Assembly (NCBI RefSeq): GCF_009914755.1
Contig: NC_060939.1
Direction: 5' to 3' (one strand)
DNA length: 64,000 nt
DNA from: the human T2T-CHM13v2.0 reference genome, Homo sapiens
In this document: positions 17,210-35,529 of the stretch, piece by piece
Position numbering within the stretch: the first letter of the stretch is position 1
Layout: each line of letters opens with the position of its first letter
The notes under the pieces: model-generated
Told to the model about the DNA's origin: nothing
The model's database searches: none
The model's input: the letters and a program-made list of their open reading frames with translations, nothing else
Position numbers and translations under genes: made by a program

Positions 17210-17952
17210 TGTTAACGGGTGGGTCTTTGTTCTTAGAGCTCCCAAGATGGTGGCAAGCCTTTTGTTCTCTGACCAGAGGTTCCTGGCCTCACGGATTCCA
17301 AGGAATGGAACCTTGGGCCATGCGGTGAGTGTTACAGCTCTATTAGAAGCCGTGGGTCACAGAAGAGAACCGTGGAACCCAGTGACTAGTGTTAAGCTCA
17401 GTTAGGACAAACCTGGGCACTAAGCTGTGCAGGAACAATGGTGAGCCTCTAGCCCCAACGGGAGCAGCAATGCGTGCCTCGCTGGATCAGAAACGCAGAG
17501 GACACCCTGCCGGATCTGGAGGGGGGGAAGTCAATGGCAGGTCTGCGATGGCAGCGAACAGCAGTGGTGGATGGTGAGCGAAAGCTCACCTCGAGCCGGA
17601 AGAAACATGGACCAGAAGAGTGTGCAGTTGCAAGATTTAATAGAGTGAAAACTGAGCCCCCATACAAGGGGAGGGGACCCAAAGCAGATTGCCCCTCCCT
17701 GCTCGAATGCCTGGGGTTTATATCCCAATCATTGTCCCTCCCCCTGTGCTCTCAGATGATAGATGATTTGACTATTTCTTTACCTCCTGCTTTTAGCCTA
17801 ATTGGTATTTTAGTAAGCCCTCTTTACTACCTGATTGGTCAGGTGTAAGCTGAGTTTCAAGCCTCGTGTTTAAAGGTGGGTTCAGTCATCTTCCCCAGCT
17901 AGGCTTAGGAATTCTTAGTTGGCCTAGGAAATCCAGCTAGTACTGTCTCTCA
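17210..17952 (-). mobile_element. Solo LTR17 (HERV-W LTR)
   Basis: Reverse complement begins TGAGAGACAGTACTAGCTGGATTTCCTAGGCC, typical of LTR17; TG..CA termini; 4-bp TSD AAGG (17206-17209, 17953-17956). Confidence 0.9.
17305..17324 (+). CDS. LTR17-derived start exon of the putative D-PCa-2 ORF (MEPWAM-R)
   Basis: ggaATGGAACCTTGGGCCATGCG|GTGAGT; phase 2 joins T-GCA-CTT-GAT at 25631 in frame; candidate acceptors at 17236 and 17276. Confidence 0.5.
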
Positions 17953-17997
17953 AAGGGAACTCTAGCAGCTGCATTCTCATGGAAATGTTTAGATTAA

Positions 17998-18388
<391 letters not shown>

Positions 18389-18849
18389 TAACCTCAAGAA
18401 AGCAGAGAGAGGGTAGAGACTTCTGGGGTCTGAGCTCTCCCATATGACTTTCATGCCATGGGACTGTAGTAGTCACCCAAGAGAATGACATAGGCCCATC
18501 TGTAGCCATCTCTCCCCTTCTGCTCTTCTGTCCCAGGATCTAGTTCTAGGAACAGAAAGGACAGATCTTCAAACACCTAGACATCTGATGCCTACACTCA
18601 TAGGCTTCTCCCATCACATTCCCTGTCCCTATATCAGGTACGTCAGTCCTGCTCCAAGCCAAAGGAGTGGTGCCTCAATTGCTACCACCAATGGCAAAAG
18701 GCATCTATTTCTGCTGCTTCCAGCTTCTGCTTTTGCTTTAGAAACTGTCATTCTTGGGATACATGAGAGACAGACACTGCTAACCTAACTGCTGGTTCAT
18801 CTTCCACTCCTGGCACTTCCATTCCATCAGATATCTTAGGGGCTGAAAC

Positions 18850-19431
18850 TGACATAGGAGTTAAGAAGGGATTACTTAGGCAGATAGTAAGGGCATGGGA
18901 GTCCTCCTAAGGCTTTTCTTTTTAATGAAAAGCAGCCCCAAATCATTTTCTAACAAAGAGCAGCCTGCAAACTGGGAGCTTGCACGGGTGCATGCTAGCA
19001 GGAACTAAGGACTAGGCATTTTCAAAACAGAGGCTCCATCTTCCCTTCTCTGCCAGCCACGTGTATTGTAAGGAGCAGACAAGATGGCGCAGGTCAACTG
19101 GGAAGTCCATTTGCATGAGAAGATTAGGGTGGGGAGACCAGCCTTCCTGGCGCACCACGTAAACGTCATAACTGATCCAACCAGTCTGTGAGCCCTATGT
19201 AAATCAGATACCGCCTCTTCAAACTGAATTATAAAACTTGGTGCATTCACCACCAGCTGTTCCTTTTTGCTCGGAGATCCCTCTCTGTGTAGAGGAAGCT
19301 GTTTCTCTTTCTCTTCTCTTCTGCCTTTTAAACCTCCGCTCCTAAACTTCTCATGTGTGTACGTGTCCTAAATCTTCCTGGCACGTGACGACGAACCCCA
19401 GGTTTATACTGCAGACGACACAGCCCCTTCA
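18850..19431 (+). mobile_element. Solo ERV1-class LTR (LTR9/MER61-like)
   Basis: TG..CA termini, TSD AAAC on both sides, TATA-like TATAAAA near 19230; subfamily from recall. Confidence 0.75.
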
Positions 19432-19902
19432 AAACCTGAGGAAATAGCAGGACCGTATGAGGATTCTCGACCTTGTGGCCCAACCTCTCTGCCCGTTTGC
19501 CCAACACCAGCCTCCTGGAATAACAGAGGTGGCTAAAGCAAAATCTTCTTTGTGTTTACAAATTGTTTTCAAAACCATGGTTTAATCTCATCCTCCTTCA
19601 GATCTGTGAGATAGCTATTATTTCTATTTAAAGAGACAAGACACTAGGGCACAGAGAAGTTAAGTAATTTGTTCACAGTCACAGAGTTAATTGAAAGCAG
19701 AGCCATGATGTGAACTGAGATATTCCATCTCCTGGAGGAATTCATCTGTATCTAAATCCAAATTATTACTGAGCTTTGAGCTACGATATCTCTTTCTTTC
19801 TTTTTTTCTTTTTTGAGACAGAGTCTTACTCTGTCACCCAGCCTGGAGTGCAGTGGCGTGATCTCGGCTAACTGTCGCCTTGACCTCCCTGGGCTCAGCT
19901 GA

Positions 19903-20097
<195 letters not shown>

Positions 20098-20328
20098 TAA
20101 GAAAAATATTGGTTATAGCCACCAAGTTATGTTACCACAAAAAATGACTCATTATTAGCTTCAGGCTGAGACTGTTCATAGCCAAAAGCCATATTTCATT
20201 CTGTGTTGAACTCATTAAACCATTCCTAATTTTTTATTGTGATGAGTCAATAGATAATATTTACAGTTAATAAATCAAGAAAAACAAATATATTACATAT
20301 ACCGATTCAATGGTAATCAACAATATAA

Positions 20329-20723
<395 letters not shown>

Positions 20724-20968
20724 TGATCTGCCTGCCTCAGCCACCCAAAGTGCTGGGATTACAGGCGTGAGCCACTGTGCTGGGCCTAAAAAAATTTTTT
20801 TAAATAGAAAAATAAAATGAAGTAAAAAATATTTTTTCAATGAGTGATTGCTTAGTCATATGTAATGCTATGTAGCCAATAGAAAAAAATGAGATACCTC
20901 TATACAAATTTTAAGTAAGAAAAACACATTGCAGAATGATACTTGAATAATACTATTTATTTCAAATT

Positions 20969-20991
20969 TGTGTGTGTGTGTGTGTGTGTGT
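20969..20991. repeat. (TG)n microsatellite
   Basis: About 11 TG units. Confidence 0.9.
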
Positions 20992-21043
20992 AGATAAACT
21001 CGCACACCAAACTGGAAGGATATATACCAAAGTCTAGGAATAA

Positions 21044-21319
<276 letters not shown>

Positions 21320-21392
21320 TGATCCTCCTGCCTCGGCCTCCCAAAGTGCTGGGATTACACACGTGAGCCACTGTGCCGGGCCCATTACTTTC

Positions 21393-21760
21393 TGTCACAT
21401 GCGTCCGTGTGAAGAGACCATCAAACAGGCTTTGTGTGAGCAATAAAGCTTTTTAAGCACCTGGGTGCAGGTGGGCTGAGTCCGAAAAGAGAGTCAGCAA
21501 AGGGAGATAGGGGTGGGGCCGTTTTATAGGATTTGGGTAGGTAGTGGAAAATTACAGTCAAAGGGGGTTGTTCTCTGGTGGGCAGGGGCGGGGGGTCACA
21601 AGGTGTTCAGTGTGGGAGCTTCTGAGCCAGGAGAAGGAATTTCTCAAGGTAACGTCATCAGTTAAGGCAGGGACCAGCCATTTTCACTTCTTTTGTGATT
21701 CTTCACTTGCTTCAGGCCATCTGGATGTATACATGCAGGCTTGAGCTCAGAGGCCTGACA
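21393..21760 (-). mobile_element. Solo LTR7-family (HERV-H) LTR
   Basis: Reverse complement starts TGTCAGGCCTCTGAGC; 5-bp TSD CTTTC (21388-21392, 21761-21765). Confidence 0.88.
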
Positions 21761-23676
21761 CTTTCTATACTTCTATATATTGTTTGATTTTTTTCAAGAA
21801 GCATGTGCATTGAATATGAATGTATATGGATGATTCTGCAGGTTCAAAGCTAAAGTGATTCTGAGTGTTTTCCTTTTCATGCCATGAAAGAGCCCAAATG
21901 TGGTTGTATCGTGTTATGTATGAGAGTCAGGATCTTACACTGATTTGTAGTGAGGAAATTCACTGGTTCTGTGCTCCATGGTATTGTTGCAGAAGGGAAG
22001 TTTATGAATCAAATCACTCCACTCTTGTGCCTTAACGTCACCACAGAGCTGACCAAAAGTCTGACTCGTGTTTCTTTTTATATTGTTAGATTTCCTTTCT
22101 CTGCTTGGTTTTGAGCATTTGTCACCAGAATGCATGGGATTTAAATCCCCAAATCTAGAATTAATATTTGATGACTGTAACAAGGTATCTGAACCACACT
22201 TTGGAATTCTGGACTTTGGGTCTTGATTTACCCTGGTACTTACTATAACCTTTTTGAGACCTTGGCAATGAAATTATTGACTTTGAGCCTTGGCATCTTC
22301 ATCTGTATCATGAAGATGTTAATAATATTAATCCCACAGTATTATTGCCAAGATCAAATGGGATAACCTACATGAAAGCCTTTGAAAATTATAAGCAATA
22401 TACAAATAAATATAACATTATTATTTTATTAGTCCTAATAACAAAAAGATACTTAATGCTCACTGACTACAGGGTTAGAGAATGAAGACTCCCTGCCTTA
22501 CTTCTCTTTTCCATCCCATGCAAAATGTTCCCCCCAACACCACCCCGCAAAAAAAGATTTGCTTGGCAGTACAATTTTGATTGTTTAGTGTTTCCATAGT
22601 GGTGTACCAGGAATCATAGGCAAGACAAGGAACTTGTAGCAAAATATTTCCTTTTTCTGTCCCCAGCCCAGATTTGTCCCCAGCAATACCAGATTATTTA
22701 TACCTTTTCTTTCCTTTATACTTGGCTCTTATGACAGCCAGGGCACATGGCCTGTACAGTGTTTTATTAAAGGATCTTCCAGTAGGATTGTAATGGTTTT
22801 AAAAGATGATCACAAATTCTTTGACATTTCTCCATTGAGTGTGGGATCTATATTCCCTTCCTTTGAATCTGGGTGGATTCATGACTGCTTTGACTAATAG
22901 AGAATGGCAGAAGTGTTGCTATGTGAATTTCAAGCCTAAGTTACAGAAGACCATGCAGCCTCTGCCTTGTTAACTAGGACATTTGTTGATAGATTCTTGT
23001 CATCATAAAAAGTCCAGCTACCCTGAGCCACTGTGCTAGAGAGGCAATGTGTAGATGCTGTGGTCAGTAATCCCTGTTTAGCCTGGTCTTCTAGCCAAGA
23101 TATCAGAAATACGAGGGAAACCAGCTTGGACCCGCCACACCACTCTACGTGCCAGATCAATGCCAAGTGTCCTCCACCAATGCCTCATGGAACAGAATTC
23201 TCCAACTGAGTTCTGCTTAAATTCATGACCTACAAAATTGTTTTGGGGTAGCTTGTTATGTAATACTTGGTAACCAGAACAGGAACGATAATCCCATTTC
23301 AGTTCAACTTTTGGCCAGATTAAGCACAATTATGGGGGTCAATTTATCTTTCTTTTTTCTCTCTTTGCAGTGAATTTTTTTTTTTTTTGAGGCAGGGTCT
23401 TGCTTTGTTGACCAGGCTGGAGTACAGTGGTGCCCATCTTGGCTCACTGCAGCCTCAACTTCTTGGGATCAAGCAATCCTCCCACCTCAGCCTCCCAAGT
23501 AGCTGGGACTATAGGTGCATGTCACTATGCTTGGCTAATTTTTGGTTTATTTTTTGTAGAGATGGCATCTCACTCTGTTGCCCAGGCTGGTCTCAAACTC
23601 CTGGGCTCAAGTGATCCTCCCATTATGGCCTCCCAAAGTGCTGGGATTATAGGTGTGAGCCACGATGCCTGGCCTT

Positions 23677-23755
23677 CCTACAGCACTCAGTATTCCAAGA
23701 GATCTCCCATCCAAGCACTAACCAGGCCCAACTCTGCTTAGTTTCTAAGATCAGA
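23677..23755 (-). pseudogene. 5'-truncated 5S rRNA pseudogene
   Basis: Reverse complement reads TCTGATCTTAGAAACTAAGCAGAGTTGGGCCTGGTTAGTGCTTGGATGGGAGA..GTGCTGTAGG, the 3' two-thirds of 5S rRNA. Confidence 0.85.
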
Positions 23756-24199
23756 TAAGTTCTTTAAAAAAAAATAAAAGCGGTTACTGACTTTTCTTGA
23801 TAGCTGGGTATTTTGATAAAGACTTCCAAAGAGATATCCTAAGCTTGAACTCTTCCCCCAAATAGGGACCACCAGAGCTTCTTTGCTGTCATCTTGCTTG
23901 AGAAACTTCCTTGCACTGGGGCTACTGAGTCAACAACATTCTTCATAAAAATAATTTTCCTTTGGGAGGCTGAGGCTGGTGGATCACTTGAGGTCAGGAG
24001 TTTGAGACCAGCCTGGCCAACATGGTGAAACCCTGTCTCTATAAAAAAATACAAAAATTAGCCAGGTGTAGAGACAGGTGCCTGTAATCCCAGCTACTCA
24101 GGAGATTGAACCTGGGAGGCGGAGGTTGCAGTGAGCCAAGATTGTGCCATTGCACTCCAGCCTGGGTGACAGAGCAAGCCTCCATCTCAAAAAAAAAGA

Positions 24200-24810
24200 A
24201 AGAATTTTGTAAGAATATTCATAGGTACTCACCGTTTCTCTTAGGTAAAGAGCTAAGAGTGGAATTCCTGGGTTATGGGATAGATATATGTTTAACTTGG
24301 TAGGAAATTGCTAATTTTTCAAAGTGTTTATATCATTTTACACCTCCATTAGGAAAGTATGAGTGATCATTTCTCATCTCACCAACATTTGGTATTGTCA
24401 GGTGGGTTTTTTTTTTTCATTTAATTTTGGTGAATTCTAATTTATCTGTTTTTTGTTGTTGTTGTTGCTGTTGTTGCTGCTGCTGGTGTTTTTGATATTG
24501 TATCTTAGAAATTGTTGGCTAATCCAAAGTCACGAAGATTTACACCTGTGTTTTCTCCTAAGCGTTTTATAGCTTTATCTCTTACATTTAGGTGTATGAC
24601 CCCTTTGAGTTAACTTTTGTACATGATGTGAAGAAATGGTCCAAACTGATTCTTTTGCATGTGGATATCCAGATGTCCCAGCACCATTTGTTGTAAAGAC
24701 TGTTCCTTCCTTACTGAGTTGCTTTGATCCCTTTGTGGAAAATCAGCTGACCATAAATGTATGGATTTATTTCTGGACTCTCAATTCTACTGATGTATAT
24801 GCCTATCCTT
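24200..24810 (-). mobile_element. Old L1M fragment(s)
   Basis: Antisense L1 ORF2 motifs (ttgcatgtggatatccag..tcccagcaccatttgttg). Confidence 0.65.
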
Positions 24811-25630
24811 ATGCATAGTTTTAATTGTGGTAATTTGTTGTAGTCTTAATTGTGGCAATTCATCATAGTCTTAATTTGCATTTAATTGTATTTTCCTGAT
24901 GACTAATAATTGCCCTAGAAAGTTCCTTCTTACCCGTGCCAGTCAATCCCTTTCTGCATCCCCATTCCCCCAGAGCTAGCCATTGTTTTGATTAGTTTCC
25001 ACTGCAAATGAGTTTTAACCTGTTTTACACCATTATATAAAAGGAATCACACAGTGTACACTTTTTAGTGTGGACTTCTTTCTCTCAGCATGTTTTTGAG
25101 ATTTATCCATTTATGGTGTATATTATAGTTTGTTGCTTTCAGAAGAAATTTTTACCACAAAGATTTTCAAATTTTTCTCAACTTATTTCTTTTTATTTAA
25201 TTTGTATATGAAAAATTTTAGCCTGTTTTTTACATTTCTCATCTAATTGCAGGTTATTTTCAACTTACAATTATAGGTTTGCCAAGTTTTGGATCTCTAA
25301 TGTTTTGCTTATTTCTGGTTTTTGTCAAGCCCATGCACTTGACTTCTGCTAGTCCCTTGAAGGCTGTACCAGAGTCAAGGGCCATCTTCTTCCTTTTAAA
25401 GCTCACATACATTGCCATCTTTTTATTAGCTGACCTAAGTGTATATTTATCCAAACATCTAATTTATTCCAGCTTTAGATCTTCTTGCATCTGAGTTATT
25501 AAAATACACATTTAATTTACAATACCTACTAGTATTTATCAAAAATTTACTGAAATTATTCATGGTATTTGGGGGGAAACACTATCTAAAAAGGACCCAT
25601 GATTGATTATTTGTTTATTTATTTATTTAG

Positions 25631-26897
<1,267 letters not shown>

Positions 26898-27259
26898 AGA
26901 AATGCACAAAGAAGGCAAAGTGAGCTTGTGCTGTCTGAAGAATAACTTTCAAGCAGTCTGCAGATAGATCCCATTTGAAAGTCAATCCTCCTTTCCCTCA
27001 CTCCTGCACTGCCAACAACTGAAGTTGCTGAAGAAGAGTGAGTCTGTGGGATAGCCAGTCTCCTCACCTTTTCCACCTTCATTCTTGAATTCTTGGTCTC
27101 CTCTGGCTCCTGTCTTTTTTGCCCTTCTTTCCCCCGCCCCCCCAAATAATACCTGCCTTGGGCAAAATTATCGAATCAACTCCCCTACCAGCACTCCTTT
27201 TGCTGCCTGATTCTCTTCCTTTATTCCTCCGTGCAAGCCTCCTTATGCTGAACCTCCAA

Positions 27260-27643
27260 CCCTCAGGGTTCAACCAGACAAACAAAACCAGCCAGAAGTA
27301 TACATTAAGAGAGTTTTTGCACAGAATTGGCTTATGTGATGGTGGCAGCTGGCAAGACACCCTAGAAGAGCAGGCCTGGTCTCTTAGACACCAGCTGAAG
27401 CTGTTAACTACAGATAAATTTCTTCTTCTGCAGAGAAGCCTTAGTTCTGCAATTAAAAACTTTCAACTGATTGAATCAGGCCCACTCAGATTATTTAGAA
27501 TAATCTCTCTTATATAAAGTCAACTGATTATGGATTTAATTCACATCAACAAATTACCTTCATTGAAACACCTTAATTAGTGTTTGATTGAATAACAGGG
27601 GACTGTAGTCTAGATAAATTGACACATAAAGCTGACCATCACA
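27260..27643 (-). mobile_element. MLT2-like (ERVL) LTR remnant
   Basis: Ends ttgacacataaagctgaccatcaca, typical of MLT2 in this orientation. Confidence 0.55.
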
Positions 27644-28799
27644 CTGTATTTCCTACAGGAGTTGGCTTTCACATACTGGCTCAACTGGTAACTAAAATGT
27701 AGCTGATAGAAGCTGCATGCTCAGGAGTATTTTTGTTTTATGAAGAAATCTTAAAGAAACAATATGAAATAAAAATAGCGAAGGTATGTGTGGGGTGGGG
27801 TACCTATTCAAAAGGCAAGAACTGGTCACAGGCATGGTCACCCTTTCTCATTGTCCCCTCCATCTCCTGAAATATCAGCCATTCCGAATCTTTTATTTTA
27901 TCTCTACATAGTCCTCTACCACCCCCACCAATGTACCCACCCAACAACCCTTCACCAGCACCTCTAGGTTTCCTCCCATGAGAACACCTTGAGATCTACA
28001 CCTAACATCTACTTTTAGGCTTCCCCCATCTTCTCAGCCCTGTGCATATATTTAGGGACCACATTTATCTCCCATGTTTAATTTGTCTCCTGTGGAAGTC
28101 TTTACAAAGATCAAATTATTCATTTATTCATCCATCAAATATATGTCTAGGGCATTGGCAGGTGGTGCAAATAAAATAAACAGATTCACTTCCTCTGTGT
28201 CCTGGGCTTGTTTCATTCTGACCCTCTGTGCTAGAAGCCCAGGACACAGAGGAAGAAGCAGTGTGTTCTGATTGAGGGACTTCAGAAAGCTGAGTAGAGT
28301 CCATCAGCTGGGACTTGAAGGTTAAGAAGGATTTTGATGGATGGAGAAGAGCATTTCAGGTTAAGTGGACTACATGAACAAATGCAAGGAGTCCTAAAGA
28401 TGAAGGCATAATTCAGAGCCTGCTTCTGGGTTTGGATGCAGGATGTAGCTGGTTGAAGACTCACATTTTGGGCACCAGGTTTTCACCAGCCTCACTTCAT
28501 TTAAGTGAGGCTGAAGCCTATTGATAATTAGAAGACACTAAGGCTTAGGATAGATTTAGAAGAAGTGGTTGAAAAGGTAGAATGTCAGAGAATACAATAC
28601 CCAAAAGTCAAGGGAGGATGCTGTAAATTGTGTTGGTGCCATAGAGAGAGATCTTATGTCTTGTGACTCAGTGCTCAGCTTTCTGTCTTGTTGGGCTGCC
28701 CTGTTTGAGTCTTTTGGCTAGAGAGAGCAGGCTTTTAATGGTGTTTTTTCTCCCCCATACACAGTGACACAAGCTTCTCCAGCACATAGTCCACAAAAT

Positions 28800-30471
<1,672 letters not shown>

Positions 30472-30524
30472 TAAGATGTTAATATTACTCACAGTGAACT
30501 ACAGATTCAATGTGATCCCTGTCA

Positions 30525-30677
<153 letters not shown>

Positions 30678-30847
30678 CTAAAAACATTTCTTGCAGAAAT
30701 AGGAAAATACATCCTAAGATTCATAAGGAGGCCGGGCGCGGTGGTTCATGCCTGTAATCTCAGCACTTTGGGAGGCCGAGGCGGGCTGATCACCTGAGGT
30801 TGGGGGTTCAAAACCAGCCTGACCAATATGGAAGAACCCCGTCTCTA

Positions 30848-31009
<162 letters not shown>

Positions 31010-31815
31010 TCAAAAAAAAAAAAAAAAAGATTCATAAGGAATCTCCAGGGACCCAAATCGCCAAAACAATCTTGAAAAAGAAGAACAAAGTTGGACTTCT
31101 TACACTTTCCAGCTTCAAAACTTACTACAAAGCTATAATAATCAAAATACTGTGGTTCTGGCATAAAGAAGGACATATGGATCAGTGGATTCAGAAATAA
31201 ACCTTCAAAAATATGGTCAAATGATTTTTGACAGGAGTGTCAAGACCATTCAGTAAGGAAAGGATAGTCTTTTTCAACAAATGATGTTGGGAAAATTGGA
31301 TATTCACATGCAAAAAGAAAAAAAAAAGAATTTGGACCCTTACCTTACACCATATACAAAAAGCAAATCAAAATGGATTACAGACCTACATATAAGAACT
31401 AAAACTATAAAACTCAGATGAAAACATAGGGGAAAAGTTTTGTGGCATTATTTTAGCAATGATTTATTAGCTATAACTCCAAAAGGATAGGCAACAAAAG
31501 AAAAAAGATAAATTAGATTCCATCAAAATTAAAAACTTGTACATCAAAGGACACTATGAACAGATTATAAAGGCAACCCAGAGAAGGGAGAAAATATGTG
31601 CTAGCTAATCATAGCTCTGATAAGTCATTGATATCTAGAATATATAAAGAAGAAATATACTTCAACAACAAAAAACCAAACAACCCAATTTTTAAAGTCA
31701 GGCAAAGGACTTGAATAGGCATTTCTTCAAAGGAGATATACAAATGGCCAATAAACACATGAAAAGATGCTTAACATCACTAATTATTAGGGAAATGCAA
31801 ATCAAAACCACAAGG

Positions 31816-31980
31816 ACGCCCGGCCCAGTGCCATGTGCCTGTAGAGTCTGGGCTAATAGGGAGGCTGAGGCAGGAGGATCCTTTGAGCCCAGGAGTTTGA
31901 GGAGTGGGTGATAATTGCACCTGTGAATAGCCACTATATTCCAGCCTGGACAACATTGCAAGATCCTATCTATTTAAAAA
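31816..31980 (+). mobile_element. FAM-like fossil Alu monomer
   Basis: Monomer retaining the 7SL-derived cctgtgaatagccact segment. Confidence 0.65.
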
Positions 31981-32036
31981 ATCTGCATACAAGGAGTTAC
32001 TACTTTCCACTTTACACCCATTAGAATGGCTATTAT

Positions 32037-32060
32037 ACACACACACACACACACACACAC
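32037..32060. repeat. (CA)n microsatellite inside L1
   Basis: About 12 CA units. Confidence 0.9.
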
Positions 32061-34537
32061 CTATAAGTGTTGGCAAGATGTGGAAAAATTGGAACCTTTG
32101 TGCATTGGTGGGAATGTAAAAACATGCAACTACTCTGGGCATGGTGGTTCATGCCTGTAATCCCAGCATTTTGGGAGGCGGAGGTGGGCTGAACACTTGA
32201 AGTTAGGAGTTCGTGACCAGCCTGGCCAACATGGTAAAACCATGTCTGTACTAAAAATACAAAAATTAGCTGAGTGTGGTGGCGCATGCCTCTAGTCCCA
32301 GCTACTTGGGAGACTGAAGCAGGAGAATCACTTGAACTCGGGAGTCAAAGGTTGCAGTGAGCCAAGACTGTGCCACTGCACTCCAGCCTGGGCGACAGGG
32401 CAAGTCTCCATCTCAAAAAAAACCAAAAAAACCAAAACAACAGTAACAACAACAAAAACCATGCAACTGCTATGGAAGACGGTGTGGTGTTTCTTCAAAA
32501 AATTAAACATAAAATTACCATATGATCCAGGCTTTCTACTTCTGATTATAGACCCCCAAAAAAGTGAAAGCAAAAACTTGAACAGATAGTTGTACATCCA
32601 TATTCATAGCAGCAGCATTCGCAATAATCAAAAGAAAGAAGCAACCCAAGTGCCCATAGGTGGATGAATAAACAAAATGTGTATACATACAGTGGAATAT
32701 TATTCAGCCTTAAAAAGGAAGAAGATTCTAATGCATGTTACAACATGGATGAAACTTGAAGACATTATGCCAAGTGAAACAAGACAATCACAAAAGGGCT
32801 GGGTATGGTGGCTCATGCCTGTAATCCCAGCATTTTAAGAGACCAAGGCAGGAGGATCATGTAAGCCCAGGAGTTTGAGACCAGCCTGGGCAACATAGTG
32901 AGACCCACACACAAGAAAATTAGCCAGGCATGGTGGCGTGTACCTGTAATCCCAGCAACTCCAGGAGGCTGAGGTGGGAGGATCACAGAAGCCCAGGAAG
33001 TCAGCAGGGCAATGAGCCATAATTGTGCCACAGCACTGCAACCTGGGTGACAGAGCAAGACCCAGTCTCAAAAACAAAAGAAAGAAAGAAAGAAATATGT
33101 TTAACTTTTATAACAATATAATGACTAGGAATATTAATTTATTTGTAGCACAGGAAATGTGGAGGAAGGAATAAAGAGAGAAATACTACATTAAGAAAGG
33201 GACATTGGCAATCCCATAGTCCCACTAACAAATCTAGACTTAAAATTTGGTTAATATAGAGAATATGGTATAAGCAGGGAGGACTAGCAATTTCTCCTTA
33301 AGTTTTTCCTGTGGGTTCATCTTCCCATTCCTTGCCATCTTCCTCCCCTCAAATAAAAGGGAGGAAGGGAGGAAGGAAAAGGGCAAGGAAACGGAAGACG
33401 CACCCACAACTCCCGAAACTGGAGAAGGTTTGGGCAAATAGTATTTAAAAGAAAGATAACTCAGTTGGGTGCAGTGGCTCATGCCTGTAATCCTAGCACT
33501 TTGGGAGGCTAAGGTAGAAGGATCACTTGAAGCCAGGACTTCAAGACCAGCCTAGGCAACAAGGCGAGACCCCCTGTTGTTGTTTTTTTCTACCTTTTTT
33601 TTTTTTTTTAAGAAAGAAGACTCTAAACAGTTGAGATACCTAGTTATTTGGAATAATTGTTGGTGGTGACAATCCTGAGTTGTTTCTTATTTCTGACACA
33701 CCAGAAATGTGAATCCTATTGTAGGCTCAAGTGACTTTGAAGGAGTCCTTGCTGAGGCATATAGGGCCATCCTATTGGGAGAGAACTGGGCTCCAAACAG
33801 CCAGGGGCTTCTCCTGATAATGCTAATGGGGCAGGGCATGCTGATTCTCTTTCTTGCTTCTCTCTCATCTCATCTCTCTCTTCTCTTTGTTGCTCAGCAG
33901 CTATCTTGCTATCTTGTTCCAACTGTGTCTTTTTTTCTGTCTTACCTTTTCTCTTTCCCAATCTTCCAGCATACTTCTGTCAGTGAAATGAATGTTCATG
34001 TTTTTTAATGTAACTTTTAAAAGCAAACACCCACTGATTCTGTAGCAAGACTGCTAGTTGCTTTCCAGCCATCAATACTCCCCATCTTTCCAATGTTTTA
34101 CCTGTGTTCGTGGCTGTTCAGTGAAAGACTGCATCTCTTAGCCTTTCTTGCAACTAAGACTAGCACGTGACTAAGTTCTGGTCTTTGGGATTTGAGTGGG
34201 GGTGATACATGCAGTTCCAGGTCATGGCACAGAGATGTGTCCTCTCTTTCCAACCCTTCTCCAACCTGCTTCCTGACATGGGGATGTGCTGGGGCCCTCT
34301 GGGACCATACAGATGAGGCCAGTACCCAAAGGGTGACAGAGCTACAAGCTACCAGGACCCCATGTCCCTGTGTGAACAGATAGACTTCTGCCTTGTTTGA
34401 ACCATTGTTACCTTGATCTTTGTTACAGCAGCTGAATATATACTCTAATATAAATCCTACCATGGGAAAGAGACTGGATTAGGCAATAAACATCTAAAGA
34501 TGAGTGAAATCTTGACAGTGCAAATCCTGAAAGAGTT

Positions 34538-34968
34538 TGAAATTGTCCCAATTGTCTCAGAGAACTAATATTTATGGTTTTTGAACAAATGTAGGAATTG
34601 ATTCTCCCTGGTCTTAAGACTTGAAACTTACATTTGTCTTACCTCAGTTCCTTCCTCAGGAAACTGACCCTCAGGCAGAGAATTGAAACTCATGAGATCA
34701 CCACATCCACACAATGAGGTGCCAGACCCCCTTATCCATCATGATTGCTTCTCTACCCATCCCTAATTCCTTTTTTCCCCAACTTCCCCGCTTCATAAAC
34801 CTCCCAATTTTAGTGGTCGGGGAGACATATCTGAGACTTATCTCCCATTCTCCTCTGCTGCAGCACCCAATTAAAGCCTCTTCCCTGGAACTACTCATTG
34901 TCTCAGTGATTGACATTCCATACAGTGAGCAACAGGACCTAGACCGAACCCTTGGCGTTTCTGTAACA
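34538..34968 (+). mobile_element. Solo ERV1 LTR (MER39-like)
   Basis: TG..CA termini, TSD AGTT, ATTAAA poly(A)-like signal near 34870. Confidence 0.7.
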
Positions 34969-35342
34969 AGTTCACAACCAAGTGGGAAACATAGCCACAA
35001 ACTTAGTAACTGTAATACAGGGTAGACTATGGAAATGACTTTATTGGAGATATAAACAAAGGCTGGTGGGAGACATTAATTCTGGTTGTAGTGGTACTAA
35101 GAAAGACTTCCTACATGAGGCAATATATGACTTGGGATTTGGACAGTGAATTCTGATAATGAAAGAGGATAAATAGGGCACTCCAGGAAGAAGGAACAGT
35201 ATGTGTAAAGGTACGAAGATACAGAAGTGCACATTGTATCTAGAAAATAACCATCAGAACAGGCAGAACATCAGTGAATGTCGAGGAACAATAGTCGAAC
35301 TAGGTAGGGACCAGATTGTGATGGCCCTTGAATGTCATATTA

Positions 35343-35468
<126 letters not shown>

Positions 35469-35529
35469 CTACTAAAAATTATAGAAATTAGCCTAGTGTG
35501 GCGACGGGCACCTGTAATCCCAGCTGCTT

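Noticed and set aside
25260-25494. Overlapping short ORFs on both strands upstream of the retrocopy
   Set aside because: No recognisable homology or clear splice boundaries; may be an old transposon remnant
33705-33830. Acceptor-led open segment NVNPIVGSSDFEGVLAEAYRAILLGENWAP
   Set aside because: Protein-like and possibly another fossil exon, but no canonical GT donor or phase match was found, so it was left out of the exon chain
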